A stretch of DNA of 63,626 nt, the filler included, from Collodictyon triciliatum (taxonomy: Eukaryota), in assembly GCA_043381765.1 (NCBI GenBank). It is 8 parts of 8 records of this genome, joined end to end, with 100 filler letters (N's around TTAATTAATTAA, not from the genome) between each part and the next. Parts side by side here need not be neighbours in the genome. Positions count along the whole stretch, not along the records: positions 40,191 to 50,122 come from JBHJMP010002847.1; positions 50,223 to 60,152 come from JBHJMP010002848.1; 6 more parts are not named here. One strand, written 5' to 3'. The position numbers were made by a program, and so were the translations under genes. This document shows positions 43,101-54,031 of this stretch, one piece after another. The notes below the pieces were generated by a model, which made no database searches, was not told the origin of the DNA, and saw nothing but the letters and a program-made list of their open reading frames with translations. Position 1 is the first letter of the stretch, and each line of letters begins with the position of its first letter.

Positions 43101-43770
43101 GCTGCATGATGCGCTTCCAGCTGAGCTGTAGCTTCCATTTGGACATGAAATGCATGATGATTGGTTAAATGAGCCAGTTTTGTTGTTGAATGTACCAGCT
43201 GGACATGATATGCATGATGCTTGACCATCTCTATCATTCCAAGTACCTTGTGGACATTCGATACATGATGAGTTTCCATATGAGCCGGAGTTTGAGTTGA
43301 ATGTGCCTTTTGGACAAGCATAGCATGATTGTGAGTCTTTTGTGATTCCTTCTTTTTGATAGAATCCAGGTGAGCATAAGCCGCATGATGCGCTTCTTTC
43401 TGAGCTGTAGCTTCCATTTGGACAAGAAATACATGAAGATTGGTTGAATGACCCAGTTTTATTATTATATGTACCAGCTGGACATGCTGTGCACGATGCT
43501 TGACCATCTCTATCATTCCAAGTGCCTTGCGGACATTCAATGCATGATTCGTTTCCATATGAGCCGGAGTTTGAGTTGAATGAGCCTTTTAGACAAGCAT
43601 AGCATGATTGTGAGTCTTTTGTGATTCCTTCTTTTTGATAGTACCCTGATGGGCATAAGCTGCATGATGCGCTTCTTTCTGAACTGTAGCTTCCATTTGG
43701 ACATGAAATACATAAAGATTGATTGAATGAGCCAGTTTTATCATTGAATGTACCAGCTGGACACGATATA
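40191..43770 (-). repeat. Coding 279-bp (93-aa, 10 Cys) tandem repeat, about 13 units
   Basis: Twelve GTWNDR motifs spaced 93 aa apart plus a partial first unit; the array runs off the contig end. Confidence 0.95.
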
Positions 43771-46700
43771 CATTCACTTTTATCATAATTTCCAAAAGTT
43801 CCCATTGGACATTTGATACATGATGCGTTACTTTTTTTTTCAACCCCTGGGTTATAAGTTCCTAGAGGACACTCAAGGCATGAACTTTGACTAAAATAGG
43901 GATTATACGAACCAGGTTGACAAATATGACACGTTGATTCCCCTGCATTTGATGAAAATCTTCCTTGTGGACAAGGCTGACAGCTGCTTATACTGGTTGA
44001 TGCGACATTAGGATTGAAAGTACCAGCTGGACAATTTTCACAGGTGATTGATTTCGTTTTATTCGAAAACTTTCCTGTTGAACACGGATAGCAAAACGGT
44101 TTACCTTTCTCGTCCATGTAAAACCCAGCAGGGCATTCGAAACAACTTGATTTTCCATCGACACTGTTGTACATTCCTGGTTCGCATAGCAGACAGGATG
44201 AATTCCCAGCACCTCGAATTCTCGGATTAAAGGCTCCGGCTGGACACGGAGCACATGACTTGTCTCCGGAGTTGCTGTAAAAACCAGCAGTGCAATTATT
44301 ACATGCCACTTGCCCTTTTTGATTTGTGAACGTACCAGCTTCGCATTTTTTGCAAATTGATTGACCCAGAAGGTTATTGAATGTTCCTTCCTCGCAAAAA
44401 ATACAATCTTTAATGCTTGTGGAGCCGATTGATGGATTATAAGTCCCCGTTGGACATAATATACAAAAACTGAGCTCATTTCCATTATTGTAAGAACCAG
44501 ATGGACATTTTTCACATATATTTGACTGCTGGTTGAAAAAATATCCTCCTTGGCATGGACTCCAGACTTTGATAAATATGTCAGAGCTCGCTGAAATTAT
44601 TTTTGAATCTGAAGTAACAAAGACACTATTCACTGAATTGGTGTGACTCAAAAGTGATCTAATTTCTCTTCCATCTGAGATTGACCATATTTTGACTGAT
44701 TTATCACTGCTTCCAGAATACACTTTCGTTCCGTCTGTTGATACCGAGATGCTATTTACTGAGCTTGTGTGCCCAGTGATTGTTCGAATTAAGGAACCAT
44801 CTGACATGTTCCAAATTTTGATTGTGTTATCACTGCTTCCAGAGATAATTTTTGACCCATCTGGAGAGGTAATAACACATCTGACAGCATTTCCGTGTCC
44901 AGTTATGGTTCTTATCAGTATTCCATCAGATAAATTCCAAACCATGAGGGAAAAATCAGCACTTCCCGATATAATTTTTGTACCATCAGGAGTGATAAAG
45001 ACACAATTCACTGCCTTTGTATGCCTTGACAAAGTTCGAACTAAAGTTCCATCTGAAACTTTCCAAATATTGATATTCATGTCGTCTCCTCCTGATACTA
45101 TCGTTGAACTATCTGATGATATTGCTACGCTTCTAACAGCTTCAGTATGTCCACTTAATGTTTTTAATAGTAAACCATCTGAAAAATTCCATATTTTTAC
45201 AGAATTGTCGCTGCTTCCCGACACAATTTTTGTTCCATCAGCTGACACAACCACACTATTCACAGTACTTGTATGGGCATTTATCGAAAGTGCTTGAGAA
45301 CCATCAGCATAGTTCCAGATTTTTATTGTGTTATCACTGGCTCCTGATACAATTTTAGTTTTATCTGAGCTCAAAAAAACGCTATTCACTGAACTTGTGT
45401 GGCCTGAAACAGTCAAAATCAAGCTGAAATCAGGAAAGTTCCACATTTTGATTGTTGTGTCGTCGCTTCCTGACAAAAACTTTGTACCGTCAGAGAAAAC
45501 TGATATTCCGTTTATTGTAGCTCCGTGCTCGTTCAGTATATGTGATGTCACTCCACTTGAAAAGCTCCATATTCTAACTGTGTTATCGCTGCTTCCAGAA
45601 ATAATCTTGGAGCCATCCGGAGATATTACCACTGCTTTGACAATTCCAGTATGCCCATTAAGAGTGCGAATTAAACTTCCATCTAAAATGCTGGTAATTT
45701 TGATTGTTTTATCGCTGCTCCCAGAAACAATTTTTGTTCCATCTGGCGTTATGGAAACAGAGTTTATAGAATCAGTGTGAATTTTTATATCTTGAATTAA
45801 TGAACCATCAGAAAAATTCCAAACTTTTATTGTTTTGTCAGCACTTCCTGAGATAATCTTAGAACCGCCAGGATTTAAAATCACACTTGTAACGCTGCTT
45901 GTGTGACCTGTTATAGTGCGAATCAAACCTCCTGAAATATTGGTTATTTTGATTGTTTTATCGCTACTCCCTGAGACAATATTCCTTCCATCCGCGGTCA
46001 AAGTAATGTAATTCACTGAATCTGTGTGAATTTCAAGTGATTTAATCAAAGAACCATCATTTATATTCCATATTTTGATTGCTTTATCAGTGCTTCCAGA
46101 AATTATTATGGTACTGTCAAAGCTCAAAGCTATACCATTAACAATATCTGAATGACCTGTCAGTGAGAGAAGCAATGTTCCATCTTGCGCATTCCAAACT
46201 CTCACAATATTGTCTGAATGTCCCGATACAAATAATGATTTGATATTAGATACTTGTATGTTTGTAACTCTGGAGCCTTTGGAATAAATAAGCATTCCAT
46301 CAGTGAAATTCCAAACTCGTATTGCTCTGTCCCAAGATCCCGATACAATCATTGAAATATCAGAAGTTACAGAGACACTCGATACACCTGCAAAAGGGCT
46401 CACAATAGTTCGGATCAAAACTCCGTCAGAAATCTTCCACGTTTTAATTGTTTTATCTTCACTAGCAGAAACAATCATCGAACCGTCAGAGGTAATACTT
46501 ACACAGTTAATAATATTAGCATGACCAGTGAATGTGAGAATCAAAACTCCATCAGAAAAATTCCAAACTTTGATTGTTTTATCACTACTTCCCGAAACAA
46601 TTTTCGCACAATCAGGAGTGACAGTAACACTAAGAACAGAACTTGAATGACCCGTCAGTGTGCGAATTAATGCTCCATCAGAAAGATTCCAAACCTTGAT

Positions 46701-47328
46701 TGTTTTATCACTACTTCCCGAAACAATTTTCAAGCCATCAGGTGTAACAACCACACTGTGAACCCAATTGGCATGACCTATTAATGTGTAAATCGATTTT
46801 CCATCTGAAATATTCCATATTTTTACCGTTTTATCAGCACTTCCGGACGCAATTAATGTACTATTTGGACTCGCATTGATTGAAAAAATGTCATTTGAAT
46901 GACCAGTAAGCGTTCGAATCGGTGTCCCATCTACCAAATTCCAAATTTTTATTGTTCTGTCCCATCCTCCAGAAGCAATCTTTGAGCCATCAGGAGTGAC
47001 AGCAACACTTAAAATTGCATAAGTGTGGCCTCTTAAAGTGCGAATCAAAGCTCCATCAGAAAGATTCCATATTTTGATTGTTCTGTCATCACCCCCAGAA
47101 ACGATTTTTGAGCCTTCAGGAGTAACAGCAACACAACGGACGAAATTTAAATGACCAGTTCCAGTTGTGTAAATTGATGAAACTTGACACATGCAGGAAA
47201 CAAAAATGCACATGAGAATCAGCCCTAATATAAATTATAATTTAGACCATTATCTAAAGTATCGATATTGCAGACTTACCTTGAGTCCATATTGCACGAA
47301 ATCGTGAAACTGGATTTTTTTCTCTCAT
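40191..47328 (-). CDS. Giant putative cell-surface protein: signal peptide + 21 WD40 repeats + Cys-rich (GCC2/GCC3, ephrin-receptor-like) repeats; 3'-truncated
   Basis: Exon 1 (ATG 47328) plus a 55-nt GT-AG intron (47225-47279) gives MREKNPVSRFRAIWTQGLILMCIFVSCMC. A ~7-kb exon follows with GH..V.SV..TPDGSKIVSGSSDKTIKIW repeats and then CPxGxY/F...CxxC repeats. Confidence 0.88.
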
Positions 47329-47445
47329 TCGTAACTAAGGAAAGCAAGTTATAAATTATCTTCGTGGTTTTTTATATTTCTGAATAATTAGAGCGCCTGA
47401 AAATGAAAAAAAATGAAATGAACCAAAGTACATATGTGTGAATGC

Positions 47446-47494
47446 ATAGCACTTCATTTTTCCTTTATTCGATTCAAAGAAGTTATAGCACTTC
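47446..47494 (-). mobile_element. 29-bp truncated retroelement tail (AACTTCTTTGAATCGAATAAAGG-A5) with a 10-bp target-site duplication
   Basis: ATAGCACTTC at 47446-47455 and 47485-47494 flanks the reverse complement of the tail seen at 16121 and 36109. Confidence 0.7.
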
Positions 47495-50409
47495 TTAGTC
47501 AAACTTTCTCTTCATAGATATAATCAGTATCAAGATACGACTCAGCACTTAGAGTTCAAATATTAAATAATTTATTTATCCAACAAGTTAAGCATTAATT
47601 TATCATAATTTTGATAACACTAACTATATTCACATTAAGGCTCTGATATTTTAACTATAATTATCAGTTTGAAAAGAGTGCATAAGTAAACATTATCTCA
47701 AAATTGCTATCATTTATCGATGTAATTATTATAGTAAGTTGACAATATTCTCAACTAAGCGAATGGATAACATGAAATGATATTAAAAATGCTATTTATG
47801 GTATAAATAGATAATATTCTGAAATTATATAAGTGAAAAAGTGAAATTCAAATATTATCATTCAATCTGAAGTATTGACTGAGACTAATTTTGTAGTGGG
47901 CATGCTCTATGATTGTTAAAAATTTATATTTGCGTATAAATCAATATTATGAATTATTGTTTGGGACTAAAAAATCTTTATGTTATATAATTGATTTTTA
48001 CACGGATGTCTGAATAGAAATTGGAAATACATATGTATACCCAATTTCATGACAAGAATAAACTACAATTCGTAAAATATATATATAATGTTTCAAAATC
48101 AGTGGAATGATTACGTGCAACAATTGTGGCCAACCACAAGATGTAAAAGATAAAGTAAAAATCTTTTTGGGAATAACCTTTGTACTCATCAATCAGATTT
48201 CCCAAAAAAAAATTACATGAATGAAATATGTATTTTGTTCATGTTGACTAAAAGAACGGTGATGGAAGTAACTTACCTTTCCTATAAACCAGCATCTAGT
48301 CCTGCAAACGTGAACACACCAAAACATTTTTTTATTCATACTTAAATCTCATTTGGTGTATCATGTGGTGAGTATAAGTAATAATTATCTTCAAAATCGA
48401 ATCAAAAATCTCATTTTACACTATTTAAATATCATATGTGATTTTCGAATTTTAAAGCCAGATCTTTATGTTTCCAATATAAGGTTTGATTGAAATTTTT
48501 GCATTTATGACAATTATATTCGATTGTAAATATGAATAACGATCATGTATATCAATAGAAGATTTTGATGACCAAGACTAGATTCAGTACAGTTTTTTCT
48601 TTTTCTCTGATATTGATCATGAAGCGGCATTAGCTTGCATTAAAAAAATCACCATATTATCAATTATTCATACGTGTCATGAAATCAAAATGAAATTGAA
48701 AATTTTGTATTGTATACTGAAATTTTTCGTCTTTATTATGGACTGGCAATCAAAAGATATTTCATGAGCTTTTTCTTCCTTCGAAGAAATTAACTCTGCC
48801 ACTTGAGTAATGGTGGGATATTTTTTGATGCTAGGCTAGTAAATTTATGATGTTGACACTTTGAAAAGATATAGGACCCGCAATATTGTGTATTGCAATT
48901 ATGATAATTAAGATAAAATTTCTATCATTCAACGTCTCATAGTTCTGAGAAACGTAACAATGATTTTGATATGCACCTTAGGAAGACTTTCATGACTACA
49001 GATAATTGATATAACAGGAAATGAGTGTATTCAGATACAACTGACTGATATCGAGAAATCATAAAGTTTTGGCTCGTCAGCAGTTCAATTATATTTTATA
49101 TAATTATATATCGATATAATCACAAAAAAAATCAAATATGCTGGTGATAACTATATTGGCGATGCTTTTCTTTTTCCTTCACTGCCTGCAACACTCGAAC
49201 TTGACTAGAAGAGGGGCTGATCTACCAGAAACAATTTTAGAAGGTAAAATATAAGTGATTATAGATTGAAGCAAACTTCTTTTCTATTATTTGGCGATTT
49301 TTTTTCTCATTCTCTCGTGCTTCTTTTGGCTCGTCGGAAAATATCCTCGATGATAGAGCAAAGAGATGATCGTAACATTCGTGCACTGTATTTTTAGAGG
49401 TATTCGCGAGGAGTATGGGTAGAAAACCACAAGGATGGTAAATAAATCGTTCATGCGATGATCAGAGGCTTGAAGCAAGGAGGAAAAAATGATCGCAAAG
49501 AGCAGTTTCATAAGCCTGCTGCCTTTTAAAAAGCAGGCACCTGACGACATAGCTCGTGAGCAAGCGACATTTACACCTCCAATATGGCGCTCAATAAAAC
49601 AAGGAAGCTGAATCAGTCTGAGAAAGCCGTGCTGTGCAGTCACAGGGATCTGGTGTCAGTGCTGTGTTTCCACACAACTTACTTTCAGGCGACCACGAAT
49701 TATTTCCAACCCCGGAGTGGCGTGATTCTTGTGTCTTGATTCATCTCCGGGGCACAACACGTTTACCAACTCAATTACAAAGTTAATTTATTGTGGAATT
49801 TATATTAAACTAGCATTCTGTGACTTCGTTTATCGATAATTAATTCATGGGAATCTAGTTTTTTCTTTATTCTATTCAAAGTGTAGCGAGGTTATACCAT
49901 ACAAAGGGGCGAGATGGGTGTGCGTGGCAGTGAGCAAAAGCAAGTTGAAGACGCTACCGTGGAGAGGGTAGCACTGGAAAGAAATCAGCGATAGCGAGTT
50001 GGTCAGGTGGGCGTCCCAAACTAGTTGATTGGTTGCGTGGGTAGCAGGGGTTGGATATGCTGTGGGAGATATCGCACGACACATTCCCACATCTCTCTTC
50101 GCTTGCGGTCAGAGTAGCGAAGNNNNNNNNNNNNNNNNNNNNNNNNNNNNNNNNNNNNNNNNNNNNTTAATTAATTAANNNNNNNNNNNNNNNNNNNNNN
50201 NNNNNNNNNNNNNNNNNNNNNNAAAAAAAGAGAGAAAAAAAAAGAGAGAAAAAAAAAGAGAGAAAAAAAAAGAGAGAAAAAAAAAGAGAGAAAAAAAGAG
50301 AAAAAAAGAGAAAAAAAGAGAGAAAAGAAACTAGCCCCCCTCTCCTGCGAAAGAGAGAGACAATTAAAGACTGACTCCTCACTGGACACAGCTACGCAAC
50401 AGCAGCTTC

Positions 50410-53400
50410 ATGAGCCGAGCCAAAGCAGCTTTACGCCGGCCTCTGCAGACACTGCCAACCATCCGGGAGACAACCGGACTCACACATCCAGACGGAGCCA
50501 ATCACGAAGCATCAGCCGCACACCTCCCACCGCTGCCCACATGTGCCTTACCGGAGTCCTTTATGCGTCTGTGGACAGCAGAAGCCTTCCCATTCCTGCA
50601 AGTGACCAACCCTGTGGCCCCGTTCTTACCACAGCCACAACCACAGCCACAACCACAGCCCCATTCGCTTAGCCTCCACATATCCGGCCCATTGCAGACT
50701 AGTGCAGCAACCACATTCCAAGCACTGAGTCCTGTAGAAGCCGATGCAGCTGCCAAGAGCCAGACCCAGAGCCAGACACAGGCGCAGCCAGGCAATGGTC
50801 CACGCGCTCCGCGGCCGCTCTACAGCACGAGCGACTGCTTCTCACGAGCCACGGCCCATCTCCACATTGCCCCTTTGCAGACAGGCTCTGGCCAGCCGTC
50901 CCACGTCTGCATCAAGGATGAAAGCGCCGACAACTGTGATGATTTACACGCCGACAGCGACGGGGCTGAAGCGTGCAACAACCGTGGCAAGTGTGATGAT
51001 GATGATGATGATGATGATGATGACGGTGATTGTGATGGCGACGGTGGTGAGGACGAAGACAATAAATACAGTGGCCGTAGTAATGTACAAGACAGGCGAA
51101 AGCGTGCTCGTTCAAGAGGCCGAGTCAGTGCAAGTCAACGTCGCACCGGGGTTGCTTTACTGCGAGTCTCCATTGTCCTCCGCACGGCATTGTATACATT
51201 CCCATTTGTGTGCTGCTTTCTTATGTCTTTTGCGCCAGTCCATCCATTTCATGAGTTGAAGTCTCCACAGCAGGCACCGTTTTCCTTTCCGTCTCTATTC
51301 ATTAGTGGCGCATTCTTTCCAGTTTTGATGGTGACATCTGTGCTACAGACGTTAATTGCTCTTGGCATTTGGCGAATTGGATTTCTACCACGGTGGAGAA
51401 GGAGGGATGTGAAGTGGAATCGGCCCGTTTCTCGCCTGATGGACCTAGCTATTGGTTGTGGAGAATGCTTCAACACTCTCCTTTTGGCTGTGTCTGTGCC
51501 CATATTCACCATTCAGTTTTCAACACTCTCATGCTTTGATTCTGGTCGAAATGGGATTCCACACAACCACCCTATATATCCTTCCATAGAATGTTGGTCG
51601 CATCGCCACATTGCTGCACTGGTGGTTGCAATGTCTTGCACACTCTTCTACTGCATCATCATTCTCTGGTTTCGCATCCGAATATACTCTGCTCTCGAGC
51701 GTTCAAAGCATCGCCATGCTGGGCACATGCAACAATCTCAAGCAGAAGCGAGTCAGCCAAAGAATTCAAACCGAATTCCTTTTCTATCTTCGCAAGGCCG
51801 CGCCCAAAGACCTACGAAGGGCAATCAAATCACCACAGCGTTTGCCCCTCATTGTCATCCACACGGCACCATGGACTTTTTCTACGAATCAAACTGTTAC
51901 TCTTTTGTGACCAGATTTTTGCTTGTCTTAACCTTTTCAATTTCATCGATTGTCCTTCACCCATTTGCAAAGATTCCAGCACAAGGACTGTTACTGGGGC
52001 TTTGCTTTGCTTATGTATTACTGCTAGTTGTGCACCCGTCAGCCGTGAACCCAAGATTTCATGGATTTCAGTTTGGCGTGGCATGGGCGCTTTTCGTTGC
52101 CCAGATCGGAATGTGGATACAAGAGTCTTGGGCGACAAATCAAATAATCGGTTCATTTACTACACTTTTATCACTGTCATGGTTCCTGGGGTATTTTTTC
52201 GGTGTTGCTAGGAGTGTTTATCCAAGATACTCTACCCTCCATCGGCTTTTAGACGAGAACCCAACTATTGGACATTCAAAGTTAGAGGAAAAAGCTGCAC
52301 ATAGACTTTTATCATCATTTCCTGATGGCCAGTACTCGATCAACAATCATGTGTTGGTGTTGTGTGGGAAAGTAGCAGACTGTCATGCTATATTTCGGTA
52401 TATGTGGTGTCCTGTTCTGGCAAACCCCACATCGATTTTTTACACAACCTGGATTGAACAAGTGATTGCAATTGATTTGTCTGACAATTTCCTGTCTTCT
52501 GAAGACGTCGTTGTCCTCGCTAGTGCTTTAGTTTCAAGGTCGTCGGTTGTCCAAAAGCTTGATTTATCTCGGAATTCCCTCACATGGGAGGCAAGTTTTC
52601 CACTGTCTGCCTTGATTAGAGGACAGCCACATCTCAGAGAACTCATCCTGGACTCGAATCTCGGGTTTTGCGTGAAAGGGCTGAATGTTTTGGTGACCGA
52701 GATTAGTTCTGGGTCTAACAAACACTTGAAGCATATTAGTTTTAATTTTTGTAACTTTGGACCGCAATCAGCTACTATTATTTCAAGACTCTTGTGCTCT
52801 CAAAGCCATCGACTTACTCTGATCAGTCTGAAAGGCAATAATTTGGGGATGAAAGGTGCTGAAATTATATCTGAAGCAATCATACTCAATGGCCATCGTG
52901 ACATTCACCTCCAATTGAGCTGGAATAACCTCAAAAAGCAAGGGGTAGAGATGTTGTTGAATAGTATCCAGCTGGCTCCCTCGCAAAGTGCAGATTCTGC
53001 GGAAGGGAATTCATCCACAACGGTATCGAGTCGCGGTGGTATCCCTATCTCGTCACGGTCTATTTCGTCGCTATGTTCCGCACCTTTTTCTCATCCAATT
53101 GATATATCCAGCAACGGGTTATCTCATGAAGAAGCCGCAGAGCTATCATGCTCATACATGGTACCCCCACCATTCCTAGCTCCGTGCTCAATCTATGGAG
53201 AGAAAGTGAAAGAAGACAATCATATACTTTTTCAGAGTCACTCACGAAACGATCGGGGCATGCATGAATTAGGAGCCAACGAAAACATTTGTTTGAATGA
53301 CAGTAATGAGCAAGTGAATATACATAAGGGACTCTTTTCACCTACAACATCAACCAAAACACCGGCTCAACCCCTTTCTTTGACAAATTCACCTTCATCT

Positions 53401-53961
53401 TCAGTTCTCGTCACAAACTCGACAATCAAGTCATCAGAGGATGGAATTTCATCCGCCGCTTCAAAATTACCTGCCCAGGACCACAGGGGTTCTTTACCTC
53501 TGGTTGACACGATTGGGGGTGAAGCATTGTTGAAACAGGTCATTGAGGATTTTTACATACGAATTCTTGCAGACCCTACACTTTATCCGATATTTGCCCG
53601 GTCTGATATGACCATTTTGCGTCTTCACAACCAGATATTTATCTCCTCACTCTTTGGAGAGCGTGTCCATCACCAAAACTATCCGCTACGGCAGATTCAC
53701 AAGAGTCTCATGATTACAGACGACCATTTTGATGCCTTTTTGACCCACTTCGTATCCACTTTGACAGAACATAACCAGAGGGTATCGCCAAATACATTAC
53801 AAAAAATTATCAGGAACATGGAATCTGTCCGGCCCCTCATTGTGCAAACCGATAGGGATTCTTCATTTTCCTCCCAGGAGTCGCGCAACTTCTCTGTCTT
53901 TTCATGGATAAGGCGCCTGTTTCATCGCGATTTGGTCCGCGCATATAACGAGGGTGCCTAG
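50410..53961 (+). CDS. Intronless multi-pass membrane protein with RI-type LRRs and a C-terminal group I truncated haemoglobin (2/2 globin) domain
   Basis: About 8 hydrophobic helices (51160-52215, including P.IECW..RH), LRRs (IDLSDNFL, LDLSRNSL, LILDSN, ISLKGNNLG, LQLSWNNL) and the globin LVDTIGGEALLKQVIEDFYIRILADPTLYPIF...LHNQIFI...LRQIHKSLMITDDHFDAF. Confidence 0.9.
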   Translation: MSRAKAALRRPLQTLPTIRETTGLTHPDGANHEASAAHLPPLPTCALPESFMRLWTAEAFPFLQVTNPVAPFLPQPQPQPQPQPHSLSLHISGPLQTSAATTFQALSPVEADAAAKSQTQSQTQAQPGNGPRAPRPLYSTSDCFSRATAHLHIAPLQTGSGQPSHVCIKDESADNCDDLHADSDGAEACNNRGKCDDDDDDDDDDGDCDGDGGEDEDNKYSGRSNVQDRRKRARSRGRVSASQRRTGVALLRVSIVLRTALYTFPFVCCFLMSFAPVHPFHELKSPQQAPFSFPSLFISGAFFPVLMVTSVLQTLIALGIWRIGFLPRWRRRDVKWNRPVSRLMDLAIGCGECFNTLLLAVSVPIFTIQFSTLSCFDSGRNGIPHNHPIYPSIECWSHRHIAALVVAMSCTLFYCIIILWFRIRIYSALERSKHRHAGHMQQSQAEASQPKNSNRIPFLSSQGRAQRPTKGNQITTAFAPHCHPHGTMDFFYESNCYSFVTRFLLVLTFSISSIVLHPFAKIPAQGLLLGLCFAYVLLLVVHPSAVNPRFHGFQFGVAWALFVAQIGMWIQESWATNQIIGSFTTLLSLSWFLGYFFGVARSVYPRYSTLHRLLDENPTIGHSKLEEKAAHRLLSSFPDGQYSINNHVLVLCGKVADCHAIFRYMWCPVLANPTSIFYTTWIEQVIAIDLSDNFLSSEDVVVLASALVSRSSVVQKLDLSRNSLTWEASFPLSALIRGQPHLRELILDSNLGFCVKGLNVLVTEISSGSNKHLKHISFNFCNFGPQSATIISRLLCSQSHRLTLISLKGNNLGMKGAEIISEAIILNGHRDIHLQLSWNNLKKQGVEMLLNSIQLAPSQSADSAEGNSSTTVSSRGGIPISSRSISSLCSAPFSHPIDISSNGLSHEEAAELSCSYMVPPPFLAPCSIYGEKVKEDNHILFQSHSRNDRGMHELGANENICLNDSNEQVNIHKGLFSPTTSTKTPAQPLSLTNSPSSSVLVTNSTIKSSEDGISSAASKLPAQDHRGSLPLVDTIGGEALLKQVIEDFYIRILADPTLYPIFARSDMTILRLHNQIFISSLFGERVHHQNYPLRQIHKSLMITDDHFDAFLTHFVSTLTEHNQRVSPNTLQKIIRNMESVRPLIVQTDRDSSFSSQESRNFSVFSWIRRLFHRDLVRAYNEGA

Positions 53962-53968
53962 TTGTAAA

Positions 53969-54031
53969 CCTTTCCTTTCCTTTCCTTTCCTTTCCTTTCC
54001 TTTCCTTTCCTTTCCTTTCCTTTCCTTTCCT
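53969..54031. repeat. (TTTCC)n microsatellite just 3' of the stop codon
   Basis: Directly visible. Confidence 0.95.

Noticed and set aside
40191-43770. Long regular repeat array resembling CRISPR or satellite DNA
   Set aside because: The units are 279-bp in-frame coding repeats with no unique spacers and no cas genes.
40135-46524. Many overlapping His-rich and antisense ORFs in the ORF track
   Set aside because: They are alternative-frame shadows of the WD40/Cys-rich gene.
49710-49752. Hairpin as a possible SECIS element
   Set aside because: The spacing between the putative UGA/GA quartet and the apical loop is too short, and no selenoprotein gene is adjacent.
40191-50122. WD40 contig as contamination from another organism (7-kb exon, few microsatellites)
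   Set aside because: It carries the same TSD-flanked retroelement tail as two other contigs and has a normal GT-AG intron.
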